From the NCBI GenBank assembly GCA_951406725.2, contig OX597824.1, positions 50,220,001 to 50,284,000 of the forward strand: a stretch of 64,000 nt of DNA, read 5' to 3'. Below are positions 42,002-56,043 of the stretch, one piece after another; positions within the stretch are counted from its first letter, which is position 1, and each line of letters starts with the position of its first letter. Source of the DNA: Octopus vulgaris. Taxonomy: Eukaryota. The translations under genes and the position numbers were made by a program. A model generated the notes under the pieces. That model was not told the DNA's origin, made no database searches, and saw only the letters and a program-made list of their open reading frames with translations.

Positions 42002-44889
42002 CCTGATTTTACTGAGTTAAATGAAATTATTTACGCTTCTGCTAGGGCAATTGAAACCAGCTGTATGCCCCCGAAAAAACAAAGAAAACAAAACCTGGGA
42101 AGAAATCAAACCTGGAGAAGTAAAATTGAAAAAGAGATTGAATTTATGAGAGGGGAAATATCAATATTAAATGAACTAATATGTGGAAATGATGTAAGAT
42201 CCAGAACAGGAAGAAAGATGAAGAGAAAATTTGGATCCTCACCAAGAGAAGAACTGATATCAATAAAAGAAACGCTGAAACAAAAAGTCCAAGCAAAAGC
42301 CCAAAGAATACGAAGATTTGAGAAGAGAAACAAGTTTTACAAGCAAAATAAGCTGTTCACATCCAATGCCAAAATATTCTACAGAGAAATAGGGAAGGAG
42401 AAAGTAACCGTTAAAGACCCCCCTCCCATGGAAGAAGTTCAAAACTTTTGGGAAAGGATTTGGAGTGACAAGAAGACGTACAACATAAATGCAGACTGGA
42501 TTATACAAACTGAAGGATCCTACCAAAATTTACAACAACAAGCATGGGAAGACATCACAATAGCAGACCTAAGAAAGGCACTCACGAAGGCCCATAATTG
42601 GAAATCCCCCGGTAAAGATAGGGTGCCGAATTTCTGGCTCGCATCGCTCCCGTGCGCACACGGTAAGCTAGTTCAGCTGCTCAATGGAATTTTGAGAGAC
42701 CCAAAGAAAACACCTGAATGGTTAGCAAGTGGCATTACTTACCTACTCCCAAAGAATAACGAAACCAACCTTCCAAAAAACTATCGGCCTATAACCTGTC
42801 TATCCACCACGTATAAAATCCTAACATCTATCCTGGCGGAGAAAACATATGCATTCATGGAGAAGAACGATATTTTCCCCATTGAACAAAAAGGGTGCCG
42901 CCGAGGCTCTTACGGATGCAAAGATCAACTGCTAATCAATCGTATGATCCTTGAGAACTGTCACAACAAGCGCAGAAATCTCAGCACCGCATGGATTGAC
43001 TATAAAAAGGCCTTCGACAGTATACCGCATCCATGGATCTTGAGATCGCTGGACATCTTTAAAATTTCCCCTGTGATTTCAAACTTCCTGTAGCACAATA
43101 TGTCGTTGTGGAATACGAATCTCCAATTATACCACTCTAATGGAGTACTTGCCTCAGAAAATATAAACATCAACTGTGGAATTTTTCAAGGTGACTCACT
43201 TTCACCTTTAATATTCTGCATAGCCCTAATACCCCTTACAAGTGAATTAAACAGAACAGGGTATGGGTATAAAATTGCCAATAAAAAAATAAGCCATCTA
43301 TTTTATATGGATGACTTAAAACTTTATGGTAAAGACAATAATGAACTTGAAGGCCTATTGCGCACCGTGAAAGCATTCAGCGATGACATCGGGATGGAGT
43401 TTGGACTTGAGAAATGTGCCAAGGCCACTTTCCAGAAAGGGAAAGTGAAGACCACAAATTCAGTCGTGTTAGATATTGACACAGTCATAAGAGAGCTTGA
43501 GCAAGAACAGACATACAAATATTTAGGGATAAATGAAGGCTCTGGTATTCAGCATGCAAGCATGAAAGAGAAAATCAGGAAGGAATGTTATAGGAGAGTT
43601 CGTGCAGTCCTGAAATCTGAACTAAATGCACGTAACAAGGTGTTAGCTATAAATTCCTTAGCAGTTCCAGTTGTTACTTATAGCTACAATGTGTTGAACT
43701 GGAATATGAGTGAAGTAAAGAATATAGATAGAAAAATACGCAAGCTGCTGAGTTGTAATAGGATGCACCACCCAAAGGCAGACGTAGATCGCCTTTACCT
43801 TCCCAGAGCCCAAGGAGGTCGAGGCCTGATCCAATTTGAACTAGCTTACAAAACAACCACAATTGGACTGGCCAAATATCTCGAAATATCGAATGACTGG
43901 ATGCTAAAGCTCGTGGAAAATCATGAGAGACGAAAGAAGCTTCATTCTATCATCAAGGAAAGCAAAAAATTTGCTATTGATCTCGTGCAGGATACCCAAA
44001 CTGAACAACCCGAGGGAAGTACGGCAACTATTGTTGCAAAGAAGGTGAAAATGATGGCAATGAAAAAAGCGCACGAGCAATTGGCTGATAGGTGGGAGGA
44101 GAAACCTCTGCACGGCAAATATGTGACCCGCAGCAAACAAGCTGATGTTGACCAGAAGCAAACCCATCAGTGGCTGCGGAGCTCAGGGCTAAAAGCAGAG
44201 AGCGAAGGTTTCATCCTGGCTGCTCAAGACCAAAGCCTATTAACCCGGAACTACCAGGCCAATGTGATGAAAAATGGAGCAGACCCAAAATGCCGATTCT
44301 GCAACGACATGATTGAAACAGTGGACCACTTAATCTCTGGATGTAAAGTCTTAGCACCAGTGGAGTATAAATTAAGACATGACAGAGTTGGCCAATATCT
44401 CCACTGGCTAATAAGTCGGCATTACAATATCAAAACTGCCGACAAGTGGTATAATCACCACCCTGATGCTGTAACTGAAGGAGAAAATGTAACCATTCTG
44501 TGGGACTTTCCAGTACATACAGACAGAACCATCAAGGCCAATAAACCAGATATTGTTGTGAAAGACCAAAACAATAAAGTTTGCTTATTGATCGACATGA
44601 GCATCCCCTGTGATCATAATATCTCAGCGAAAGAGTTTGACAAGCTCAGAAAATATAAAGACCTACTCATTGAAATTGAGAAAATGTGGCATCTCAAGGC
44701 GGTTACAATACCAGTGATCGTAGGAGCACTAGGAATGATCAAGAAGGGAACCGAAAATTATATGAGAATGATCCCTGGCTTACCATCCCTGCAAGAAGTG
44801 CAAAAGATTGTCTTAACTGGTACATCACACGTACTGAGAAGAGCATTGTCGATGTGAGAACTGTTGCTGCTCATGTATTTTAATTTAAC

Positions 44890-44920
<31 letters not shown>

Positions 44921-45038
44921 AACGAACTACTGAGTTTGGTTTAATGGCCTACCAATATACACTATGAGTTCTTTGCCCTAGGAGTCGGGAAGACACTCGG
45001 CAAGAAATGGAAGAAAATTTGAAAGAAGAAAAAAAAAG

Positions 45039-45040
<2 letters not shown>
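41998..45040 (+). mobile_element. Young 5'-truncated Dong/R4-clade LINE inserted in (TAA)n
   Basis: (TAA)n on both flanks; RT + CCHC + restriction-like endonuclease; ~180-bp 3' UTR. Confidence 0.95.
42002..44857 (+). pseudogene. Dong/R4 RT-endonuclease ORF interrupted by a single in-frame TAG (43091-43093)
   Basis: ORFs 42065-43093 and 43100-44857 share a frame. KSPGKD, NYRPITCL, WIDYKKAFDS, GIFQGDSLSP, FYMDDLKLY, CRFCNDMIETVDHLISGC, RHD, KPDIVV..LIDMS, KLRKY. Confidence 0.95.
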
Positions 45041-45121
<81 letters not shown>

Positions 45122-45395
45122 TTAGGGAATATTATTCCAAACTTACAGGGAAAAATTCAATTTAGTAATACTAAACCAAATTGCACAAAATATATGTATA
45201 TAAATTAGACACCCCCCACCTTTTATCAATTTAACAATGAAATAATTCAATTATACCATATAGATAAAAATTAAATATAATATGAAAACATATACCAATG
45301 ATTAAGTAATGTACAAAATAATAAATAAGAAGTATATAATTGGTAAAATGACTACACCTGTTTCGTGGCTATATTTAAATCTATATATTTACTTA

Positions 45396-45505
<110 letters not shown>

Positions 45506-45537
45506 TTGAGTTGTGGGGTATCGCACGAGTGGGATTA

Positions 45538-46290
45538 TATATGAAAAAAGGTTTGAAAATGCAATTTAAACGATGTTTATTTACTTAACCGGTTTCACTC
45601 TTTGGTAAAATATTGTCAAAAGTAACATTGAATATTATGGGTTCAAAAAAGTTTTTTACATAATTGTCACATTGAATATTATGAATTCAAAAATGTTTTT
45701 TTATACATAATTGTCACATTACATGTATAAATATAGTATAAAAAAGTTCAATAGTGTGATGAGAATATTTGGAAAAATTGGCAGAAAAGAATAAAACAAA
45801 TATATTATTGGAAATTTGGTTGCGTTAATTATTGGTTGTCGCAAATTGTCACATTACATGTATATATATACAGTCTTTGGTAGAAAGGACATGTTAAAGA
45901 CATAAGGAAGTGTAATAGTTTGGTGAGAAAGCTTGTAATATTGACAGAGAAAATTAAAATGGATATTTTAGACATCTCAGAATATTTTGAATCGAAGGCG
46001 AGAATTTGTTTTTTACTGACCTGTTTGTTTTAGCATTGTATGTATGTATATTGTGTGTATATGTGGTATATCTATGTATGTGTATGTAAACACTATTTAT
46101 ATGTATATATGTATATATGTATATGCATTGTCTATATATATATATATTATATGTATGTATTGCGTATGTATATTGCATGCATATATTGTGTATGTGTATT
46201 ATATACATGCTGTGTATGTGTATTGTATGTGTATATATATGCTAGGTGTATTTGTGTGATATTTATATTATGTATATATGTGTGCGTGTG

Positions 46291-46343
<53 letters not shown>

Positions 46344-47170
46344 GTGTGTGTATGTGTTATATGTGTGTATATTATATATAAATACATGTTATATTTGTGT
46401 GCTGTGTGTATATATTATATATGTGGGTGCGTTGTGTGTGTGTGTGTTCTGTGTGTGTGTTGTGTGTGTTTGTATACTATGTGTGTGTGTGTATTGTTGT
46501 TGTGTGTGTGTGTATATATGTGTGTGACAAACAGACGCTGTCTGACCAGCAGGCACACGGACACATCTATTCACACCCGCATACTCACCTCCCAATAACC
46601 CCAAAATCACTGATGCTTGAAGGGGAAGTATAAACCAAACTGGGTACATATCTTTTTTCTCTCAATTCAACTTTTCTGCTAAAACAAACAGGTCAGTAAA
46701 AAACAAATTCTCGCCTTCGACTCAAAATATTCTGAGATGTCTAAAATATCCATTTTAATTTTCTCTGTCAATATTACAAGCTTTCTCACCAAACTATTAC
46801 ACTTCCTTATGTCTTTAACATGTCCTTTCTACCAAAGACTGTATATATATACATGTAATGTGACAATTTGCGACAACCAATAATTAACGCAACCAAATTT
46901 CCAATAATATATTTGTTTTATTCTTTTCTGCCAATTTTTCCAAATATTCTCATCACACTATTGAACTTTTTTATACTATATTTATACATGTAATGTGACA
47001 ATTATGTATAAAAAAACATTTTTGAATTCATAATATTCAATGTGACAATTATGTAAAAAACTTTTTTTGAACCCATAATATTCAATGTTACTTTTGACAA
47101 TCTTTTACCAAAGTGTGAAACCGGTTAAGTAAATAAACATCGTTTAAATTGCATTTTCAAACCTTTTTTC

Positions 47171-47175
<5 letters not shown>
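45538..47175. repeat. Long inverted repeat: ~500-bp nearly identical arms (45538-46035 and 46677-47175) around a (TG/TA)-rich spacer
   Basis: The arms are reverse complements with few mismatches; each carries TTGACAA..GAAACCGGTT. Confidence 0.95.
47088..47132 (+). ncRNA. Hammerhead-like motif with U3-A8 core and GUU triplet; mirror copy at ~45581-45625 (-)
   Basis: UUACUU UUGACAA UCUUU UACC AAAG(U/A) GU GAAA CCGG UU AAGUAA. Perfect 6-bp stem I and palindromic stem III; irregular stem II junction. Confidence 0.5.
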
Positions 47176-47208
<33 letters not shown>

Positions 47209-47558
47209 ATATATATATACAAGATAAGGGCAGAAGAAAAATTCTTGTAATTTATCTTGTAAATTATGTATAAATTTTACCTTTAAAGGCTTTTTTTGAT
47301 ATGCTGGCCATTGATAAAAAATTTTTTTCCCGAAAAAATTTTTATCCTATATCAATTATATATATATATATTTACTTAATCATATATATATATGTGCGTG
47401 TGCGTGTGTGTGTGTATGTGTACGCGCACACGCTCACACATACGATGGCAGAAACCCCATATACAAAAGACCATGTTATAGCCTCTTCGCTGTCATAAGG
47501 TATGTAAATATACATACATGCATACACACACACACACACACACATACACACAGAGACG

Positions 47559-47622
<64 letters not shown>

Positions 47623-47900
47623 CATACAGCAGACAGACTGACAGTTATAGAGACAGACATAGGTTGAGATAGTGATAAGAGAGGTGTCCATTTTTCTGCA
47701 AGTAACCGAATATTTGTCAAATAAAGGCGGAATGACTGTCGGTTTTCTATTTTAAGGGCACCTGTACTTTTATCAATACATGTAGCGTAACAAAGGTTGA
47801 TAATACAAGAATGAGGGAGTGGGGTAAGATTGCCCGGAGATAGTCACACGGAAGTCGGGAATACAGGGTATGCTGCTATGATGTAACATTGTAATAACTA

Positions 47901-47932
<32 letters not shown>

Positions 47933-48567
47933 TAGGTGATTGTGGTGGTGGTGGATGTGGTGGTGGTTGTGGGAGTAGTGGTGGTGGCTGTAGTGGTGGT
48001 TGTGGCGGTGATGGTGGTGGTGGTGTTGCCGGTAGTGGTGATGATGGTTGTACTGGTTTGTAATAAATGATGATAGCTGTTAGTGATGATGATGATGATG
48101 ATGACGATGATGAGACGGATGATTACTATGATGAATATGATGATGACGATCATAACGATGTGTTCGTCATTATTATCATTGTCAACATCCAGTCCCTCTC
48201 AAAAATATGTCATCATTATCTTCATCATCACCACCAACACCAACACCACAACAACCACCTTCATCATCATCATCATCATCATCATCCTATTCGTCAGAAA
48301 TATTGATAGACAAAATGAAAGATTCCGTATGTATACCCGTGTTTCGAAGAAGATAGATGGATTGGTAGAAAGATAGACAAACAGGTAAATAGATAGATAC
48401 ATTGACAAATGGATAGACAGACAGACAGCCAGAGAGATAGGCAGACAGATAGACAGACAGACAGACAGACAGATAAATAGATAATTAAATAGATAGGTAG
48501 GTAAATAGATAGATACATAGATAGATAGATAGCTAGATAGATACATAGATACATAGAGAGATAGATA

Positions 48568-50569
48568 TGTTTCTTTATTAGCCACACAGGGCTGCACACA
48601 GATAGAACAAATTACAAGGTAGAGCTTTTCTTTTGAAGGTAAAAAAAAAAAAAGGAGGGGGAGTTTCGATCAAAAGGGATCATAAAAGGAGAGAAAGAGG
48701 ACAAAAAAAGGGGGGGTAAAAAAAGGGGGAGAGGAAAAAAAGATCAATAGGGATCGTTATCACAGAAATGTCAAGATGAAGTGTAAAGGGGAGGACAGGT
48801 GAGGTTTACCCGTGGAAAGAAAAGCCTACGGAAAAGACCACGGTAACGTCGGTCAATAATGTCACATGTTATATTTCTTTTTTTTTTTTTTTTGCAAATA
48901 AGCAACTCTCTGTATTAATTTTTATGGTTCATAGAATCATAGTCAAGGTGGCTTCATCATTCATACGTGCCATCCTTGCTACATTCACCCATCTTTTTTT
49001 AAACATTCACTAGACAAAACTTGCCTCTCTACTCTCACTTTCCTCTTCAAGTGATACTTGAAGAAGTTGATGAGAGATTGACCAGAGAGGAAAGTGTTTG
49101 TCTCTAATCCTTTCAGGCGCGTCCACCAGATACATTCTTTCGCCATAGCCACAAGTATGATAAAAATAGCTCTTCCTTCCCGTTTGAAAGAAGGAGGCGT
49201 GACGATATTAACGATAGACTCGGCTGATAAACCGACACGTCCCACACGTGACAGCAGTCGTTCGACATAAGTCCACAGGTCGGAAATTGCTGGACACTGC
49301 ACGATTGCGTGCAGAGCGGTTTCGTCGCTCTGCCCGCATCTCGGGCAGGTCGGCCCCGTGTTTCTCGAGCCATGCCTATAGAGCTTATCCCGAACGGGTA
49401 GCGCTTCTCGGTAGCACCGCCAGGCCAGGGATCTCTGGAAGTTGTCCATAGGTCCCGGGCCGAAAGTCGTTTGAAACAGGCGGGTCAGGTATTCCTCGTC
49501 GACGCCCAGGTTCGCCCCGAGCTCGTCGTCGTACCTCCCCTCCACTAATCCCCTATAGAATGCTTTGGTTGTGTTGAAGTCGCTCAAGGTCGACCCGGGA
49601 CGGCAGAGTTGCTTGAGAGCAACGCGACACTCGCGGTGCCATTCGCCCTTCCTCGGCCTCTTTTTGATCCACGACTGTAGTTCGGTCATGGAGACGAGTT
49701 GCGGGAATGCGTGCCTCACAAACGGCGACCACACCTGTTCACCGTCGTCTACATAGAGCCGGAGATGTCGCAGTCTCAGCGCGTGTCTGCGCATCATCAA
49801 CCACGGCATGCCCAGCCCTCCTTTTAACGGGTGTTGACAGCAAATGGATCGCCTGACCATCGGGACGCATCCTTTCCACAAGAAGCGGAAGAGGATGCGT
49901 TCTAGTTTGGTGATGGTAGGGTCGGGACAAGGTACGACGGTCAGGCGGTAGTAGATGATGGACACGATGTACGCGTTCACCACCTCCGCCCGACCTTTTA
50001 GGGACAGTTTCCTCTCGGCCCATTGCTGGGCGAGAGTGACCACCCTACTCGTTATCTCGTTCCAGTTCTTCTCCATTTGGAGGTCCGGACCGAACCAGAC
50101 CCCGAGCAACTCAACCGGGCCGTCTGTCCAGCGTCCCACGACGGAGGTACTGGTGGACGGCATGGGCTTGCTTCTCCAGGTGCCGAGCCGCAAGCCCACT
50201 GACTTTTCCCGGTTGATTTTTGCTCCTGTCACCGCTTCGTAGTCTTTCAGTGTCTCGCCGACCCGCTCGATGTGCTCGTGGCTTGACACTATGACGGTGA
50301 CGTCGTCCGCGTATGCAGACACGCTCGTCCCGCATCCCAATTCTCGCGGGATGCCCCTTAGAGTCGCCAGCTTCCGCAGTAGTGGCTCAAGAGTCAATAC
50401 GTATAGAAGCGCCGAGAGGGGGCATCCCTGACGGACCGAACGTGCAATGTCGAAAGGTCTCGATAGATGTCCATTTACGCGAATTACCGAACGGATGCCT
50501 CCGTACAAGGCAGCTATCCAGCCGCGGAAGACGGGACCGAAACCAGCCGCTCTCAGGACTGCCTCCAAG
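48568..50569 (-). mobile_element. 5'-truncated Tx1/L1-clade LINE inserted in (GATA)n
   Basis: Flanked by (GATA)n on both sides; ORF2 3' part plus ~370-bp 3' UTR ending gccctgtgtggctaataaagaaac. Confidence 0.93.
48985..50568 (-). CDS. Tx1-like ORF2 fragment (RT C-terminal half + CCHC), uninterrupted for 527 aa; no real start codon
   Basis: [61 protein letters not shown]. Confidence 0.88.
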   Translation of the reverse strand: MEAVLRAAGFGPVFRGWIAALYGGIRSVIRVNGHLSRPFDIARSVRQGCPLSALLYVLTLEPLLRKLATLRGIPRELGCGTSVSAYADDVTVIVSSHEHIERVGETLKDYEAVTGAKINREKSVGLRLGTWRSKPMPSTSTSVVGRWTDGPVELLGVWFGPDLQMEKNWNEITSRVVTLAQQWAERKLSLKGRAEVVNAYIVSIIYYRLTVVPCPDPTITKLERILFRFLWKGCVPMVRRSICCQHPLKGGLGMPWLMMRRHALRLRHLRLYVDDGEQVWSPFVRHAFPQLVSMTELQSWIKKRPRKGEWHRECRVALKQLCRPGSTLSDFNTTKAFYRGLVEGRYDDELGANLGVDEEYLTRLFQTTFGPGPMDNFQRSLAWRCYREALPVRDKLYRHGSRNTGPTCPRCGQSDETALHAIVQCPAISDLWTYVERLLSRVGRVGLSAESIVNIVTPPSFKREGRAIFIILVAMAKECIWWTRLKGLETNTFLSGQSLINFFKYHLKRKVRVERQVLSSECLKKDG

Positions 50570-50626
50570 TATAGAGAGATAGATAAATAGATAGATAGAT
50601 AGATAGATAGACAGACGGACAGATAT

Positions 50627-50755
<129 letters not shown>

Positions 50756-50809
50756 CAGACACACAGACAGACAGATAGTTAGATAGATAAATAAATAGGT
50801 AGATAGATT

Positions 50810-50889
<80 letters not shown>

Positions 50890-53012
50890 TGTTTCTTTAT
50901 TAGCCATACAGGACTGAGCACGGAGGGGACAAATTACAAAGTAGAGCTTTTCTTTTTGGGGAGAAAAAAAGGGCGGGGTAGGTCTTCGATCGAAAGGGTT
51001 CGTAAAAAAAAACGATTAATAGGGATCGTGTATCACAGAAATGTCATGATGTAAGGTGTAATGGGAGAAACAGATAAGGTTTATCCGTTGAAAGAAAAGC
51101 CTTCGGAAAAGACCACGCTAACCTCGGTCAATAATGTCACATGTTAACACATTTATTTGCAAGTAACTCACTGTTTTAAATTTTTCCGGGTTCATAGATT
51201 TATGCTCAAGGCGGCTTCGTCATTCATACGTGCCATCCTTGCTACATTCACCCATCATTTTTTTGAAACATTCACTAGACAAAACTTCCTTCTCTACTCT
51301 CACTTTCCTTTCCAAGTGATACTTGAAAACGTTGATGAGAGATTGACCAGAGAAAGTGTTTGTCTCTAATCCTTTCAGACGCGTCCACCAGATACATTCT
51401 TTCGCCATAGCTACAAGTATGATGAAAATAGCTCTTCCTTCCCGTTTGAAGGAAGGAGGCGTGACGATATTGACGATAAACCGACTCGTCCCACACGTGA
51501 CAGCAGTCGTTCGACATAAGCCCAGAGGTCGGAAATGGTTGGACACTGCCCGAGTGCGTGCAGAACAGTTTCGTCACTCTGGCCGCATCTCGGGCAGGTC
51601 GGCCCGGTGTTTCTCGAGCCGTGTCTGTAGAGAATATTCCGAACGGGTAACGCTTCTCGGTAGCACTGCCAGGCCAGGGATCGCTGGAAGTTGTCCATAG
51701 CTCCCAGCCCAAAAGTCCTCTTGAACAGGTGGGTCAGGTATTCCTCGTCGACGCCCAGGTTCGCCCCGAGATCGTCGTCATACCTCCCCTCCACTAATCC
51801 CCTATAAAATGCTTTGGTTGTGTTGAAGTCGCTCAAGGTCGACCCGGGACGGCATAGTTGCTTGAGAGCAACTCGACACTCGCGGTGCCATTCGCCCTTC
51901 CTCGGCCTCTTTTTGATCCACGACTGCAGTTCGGTCATGGAGACGAGCTGCGGGAATGCGTGCCTCACAAACGGTGACCACACCTGTTCACCGTCTACGT
52001 AGAGTCGGAGGTGTCGCAGTCCCAGCGCGTGCCTGCGCATCATCAACCACGGCATGCCCATCCCTCCTTTTAACGGGTGTTGACAGCAAATGGATGGCCT
52101 GACCATCGTGACGCATCCTTTCCACAAGAAGCGGAAAAGAATGCGTTCTAGTTTGGTGATGGTAGGGTCGGGACAAGGCACGACGGTCAGGCGGTAGTAG
52201 ATGACGGACGCGATGTACGTGTTCGCCACCTCCGCCCGACCTTTTAGGGACAGTTTCCTCTCGGCTTATTGCTGGGCGAGAGTGACCACCCTACTCGTTA
52301 TCTCATTCCAGTTCTCCAAACCAGACCCCGAGCAACTCGACCGGACCGTCGGTTCAGCGTCCCACGACGGAGTCACTGGTAGAGGGCATGGGCTTGCTTC
52401 TCCAGGTGCCGAGCCACAAGCCCACTGACTTTTCCCGGTTGATTTTCGCTCCTGTTACCGCTTCGTAGTCTTTCAGTGTCTCGCTGACCAGCTCGATTTG
52501 CTCGTGGCTAGACACTATGACGGTGACGTCGTTCGCGTATGCAGACACGCCCATCCCGCATCCTAATTCTCTCGATGCCCCTCAGAGTCGCCAGTTTCCG
52601 CAGTAGTGGCTCGAGAGTCAATACGTATAGAAGTGACGATAGGGGACATCCCTGACGGACCGAAAGTGCAATGTCGAAAGGTCTCGATAGTTGTCCATTT
52701 ACGCGAATTACCGAACGGATGCCTCTGTACAAAGCAGCTATCCAGCCGCGGAAGACGGGACCGAAACCAGCCGCTCTGAAGACAGCCTCCAAATATCGAT
52801 GGTCTACGTTATCGAAAGCTTTCGATTGATCCAAATTGATCAGGGCCCCACCCATGTCAGGTTCTTTAACTACCCTGTCTATGATGGAGCGCATCAAATG
52901 GAGGTTGTCAGGAATGCTCCTTGTCGACCAGTTTCTCGATGACAAGCGCCAACCTCTTGGCTAACACCATGGCAAAAATTTTCAAGTCTGCATTAAGCAG
53001 AATGATGGGCCT
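50890..53012 (-). mobile_element. Second, more decayed copy of the same Tx1 family in (GATA)n
   Basis: Begins at [15 protein letters not shown]; [21 protein letters not shown]; frameshifts; same 3' end motif; (GATA)n flanks. Confidence 0.93.
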
Positions 53013-53108
53013 ATAGATAGATAAATAGATAGATATATAAATAGATAGATAAATAGCTGGATAAATAGATAGATAGAATGATAGATAAATAGACAGACAC
53101 ACAGACAG

Positions 53109-53206
<98 letters not shown>

Positions 53207-53282
53207 AAGAAAGGCAGACAGATAGACAGACAAATAGACAGACAGATAGACAGACAGATAGATAGATAGAGAGAGAGATAAC

Positions 53283-53325
<43 letters not shown>

Positions 53326-53327
<2 letters not shown>

Positions 53328-53499
53328 TTCTTTACTACCCACAAGGGGCTAAACACAGAGGGGACAAACAAGGACAGACAAAGCGATTAAGTCGATTCCA
53401 TCGACCCCAGTGCGTAACTGGTACTTAATTTATCGACCCCAAAAGGATGAAAAGCAAAGTCGACCTCGGCGGAATTTGAACTCAGAACGTAACGGCAGA
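53326..53499 (-). mobile_element. 5'-truncated SINE family B monomer with a Tx1-like tail, in (GATA)n
   Basis: Reverse complement of 16072-16247; flanked by (GATA)n on both sides. Confidence 0.88.
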
Positions 53500-53500
53500 T

Positions 53501-53573
<73 letters not shown>

Positions 53574-53574
53574 A

Positions 53575-54045
53575 AAGAAATAACAGGGCAGTGAGAACAA
53601 AACAGTAAAAACAAACAGTGAGGGCTGTTAAGCCAAGACCATAGAAAAATTATTTTGAACGCGAGGAAGACGAGCTTATGAAGGAGACAGTATAAGCACA
53701 TTTTTTTCTTTTCGAAGGTTGTAGGCAGAAAGACATTATCTTTCGTCACATGTCAGCGACGAGAGAGTCGAAGAGGAGAAGTGAGAGAGAGGGAAAAGTG
53801 AAGAAGAGAGAAGAATAGAGAAGGGTGGGAGAGAAAATCAGAAAGGATGAAGAACAAGAGAGGGCGAGAGATAACTTGCTTATACTGTCTCCTTCATAAG
53901 CTCGTCTTCCTCTCGTTCAGATTAATCTTTCTGTGGTCTTGGCTTAACAGCCCTCATTGTTTGTTTTTACTGTTTTGTTCTCACTATACTATTCTCACAT
54001 TCCTGTTCTTTTTACTGTTTTGTTCTCACTGTCCTGTTCTTGTTA
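53575..54045. repeat. Fold-back element with ~125-bp diverged inverted arms
   Basis: 53580-53698 is inverted at 53877-~54040, with a local duplication in the right arm. Confidence 0.85.
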
Positions 54046-54422
54046 CCGCTTTCACCCTCGCAAAAATTCCAAATTTTATTTAATTTGCTTAGTGGGAAGG
54101 ACTGTTTCAACGAAGTCGCGTCTTGTCCCTGCCTTTGAACGTGGAATAGATAAAACAGGGACGACTGAAGAAAGGGAATATTCTTTATGTTGTATGTCTC
54201 GTTTCTCTGTTTCTTTTATTCGTTGATCGAAAAAAAGTTTGTTTCTATGTTTTTGTTTTTATGTTTTCGTTTCTCATTGTGTTCAACGTTTTTTTTTTGA
54301 TGTCCTGTACCCGTATATACATGTATATATACATATATATTTAGGTATGTATATATGCATATATTATATGTTATTTATATTATTATATGATCGAACGCCA
54401 TGCATCCTTTTCAAAGAAAGTT

Positions 54423-54502
<80 letters not shown>

Positions 54503-54526
54503 ATCTATCTATCTATCTATCTATCT

Positions 54527-54557
<31 letters not shown>

Positions 54558-54707
54558 AGTAATAGGGTTGGTATGTGAAAGTACGTGGTTGGATGTATAA
54601 AAGACAAAATAGAGTGAAAAACTTCAAACGACTTGAGTAATACAGTTAAAGTACATATTTAAGTCGTTATGTTAGAAAAATGTTCTAAAATTTTGTATAT
54701 AGTAACA

Positions 54708-56043
54708 TTGTTTTTGGAGAAATAACCGGTTTCGTATTTTCTTTTCAAATTTCTTTACCGATATTGTGTCATCTCTTCGCTATGATGTGATGCAATTTAA
54801 TATGATTTAGTTGAATCATAGTGAATCTTTCATTGGCTGAAAAATGTGGTCGACCAAATTGCACAACATACCCAAAACTTCTAGAAGGATCATAATTTCT
54901 TTTTAAAGAGGGACAAAAATTCAAAATCAAATCTGACTTTACTTTTGCCTCAGTAAACTTGATTTTTGCTATAAGATGCTCGGGCTGCCACCAAAATTAC
55001 AGATATTGTTATATTCCGAAGTCGTCAATAGAGTGGTTCTATCTGGCACTGCACGAACCCCAGTCGTACAGTGCTGTTATCCTCAAAAGATTGGATCGTT
55101 ATAATGTCCGCTGAGTATCGCAGTATGGTTATTATATCAACAGAGACACGACTATCAACACAGTCTACACGTACTCTCGACCCACTACCTGTCGACCGGC
55201 TACTGGTTCATTTATAACGGCTGGCTACTACCATTTTTTACCGGGAGAGGTGTACAGTTTCACTATACAACACTCTCTTTGGCCTTATATTTCCTCGATC
55301 AAAGCTAACTTGAAACAACAATAATGCAAACAAATAACCATCATATAGACACCTGTCATGTTTCTTCTTTACATGTATTTTATCTCTAAATAAACTGCTG
55401 CACTTTTCATTCTCTTTTAGATATATCGTATCTCTGACTTCAATCTGCATTGCTTCTGTTAATTCTTACAAGCCTTTAACTTACTCTTGCTTCATTTTAT
55501 ATCCCAAGTATACCTCAATTTTCTCTCAATTGTGGAGCTCACTGTGTCATCTGTACCTCATTTCTGACTACTCACGTTTATTCGTCTACAACTCATTCCT
55601 GTTTCCGCCCTCGAGTCTACCTCAATTCACTTTCAACCCTGCCTTTCACTTCGCATCATATGTACCTCAACTCTGATTACATCTGTTTCAAGCCATACTC
55701 GTCTCTCACCTACTCTTATTTTATTTCTAATACAGTTTTATTTTCGGTTCAACTTCACATTGATCCCTCTCTGGTTTGGCATTTCTTCGTTCTTCTTCGG
55801 TCGCGTTGCTTTTGTGGATTCTCATGACTCTTTGGCGCCATCCAATTCCATTTTTGTGAATTTGAATTAAGTGAATCTTTCATTGACTGATTACACACTT
55901 GTTTTTGGAGAATTAACCGGTTTCGTATTTTCTTTTCAAATTTATCAAATTCCTTTACCGATATTGTGTCATCTCTTCGCTATGGTGTGATGCAATTTAA
56001 TATGATTTAGTTGAATCATAGTGAATCTTTCATTGGCTGAAAA
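54708..56043. repeat. Pair of ~135-145-bp direct repeats (54708-54843 and 55899-56043) flanking ~1.05 kb
   Basis: ttgtttttggagaa..aaccggtttcg..gtgaatctttcattggctgaaaa occurs twice; the left copy lacks 9 nt. Confidence 0.9.
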
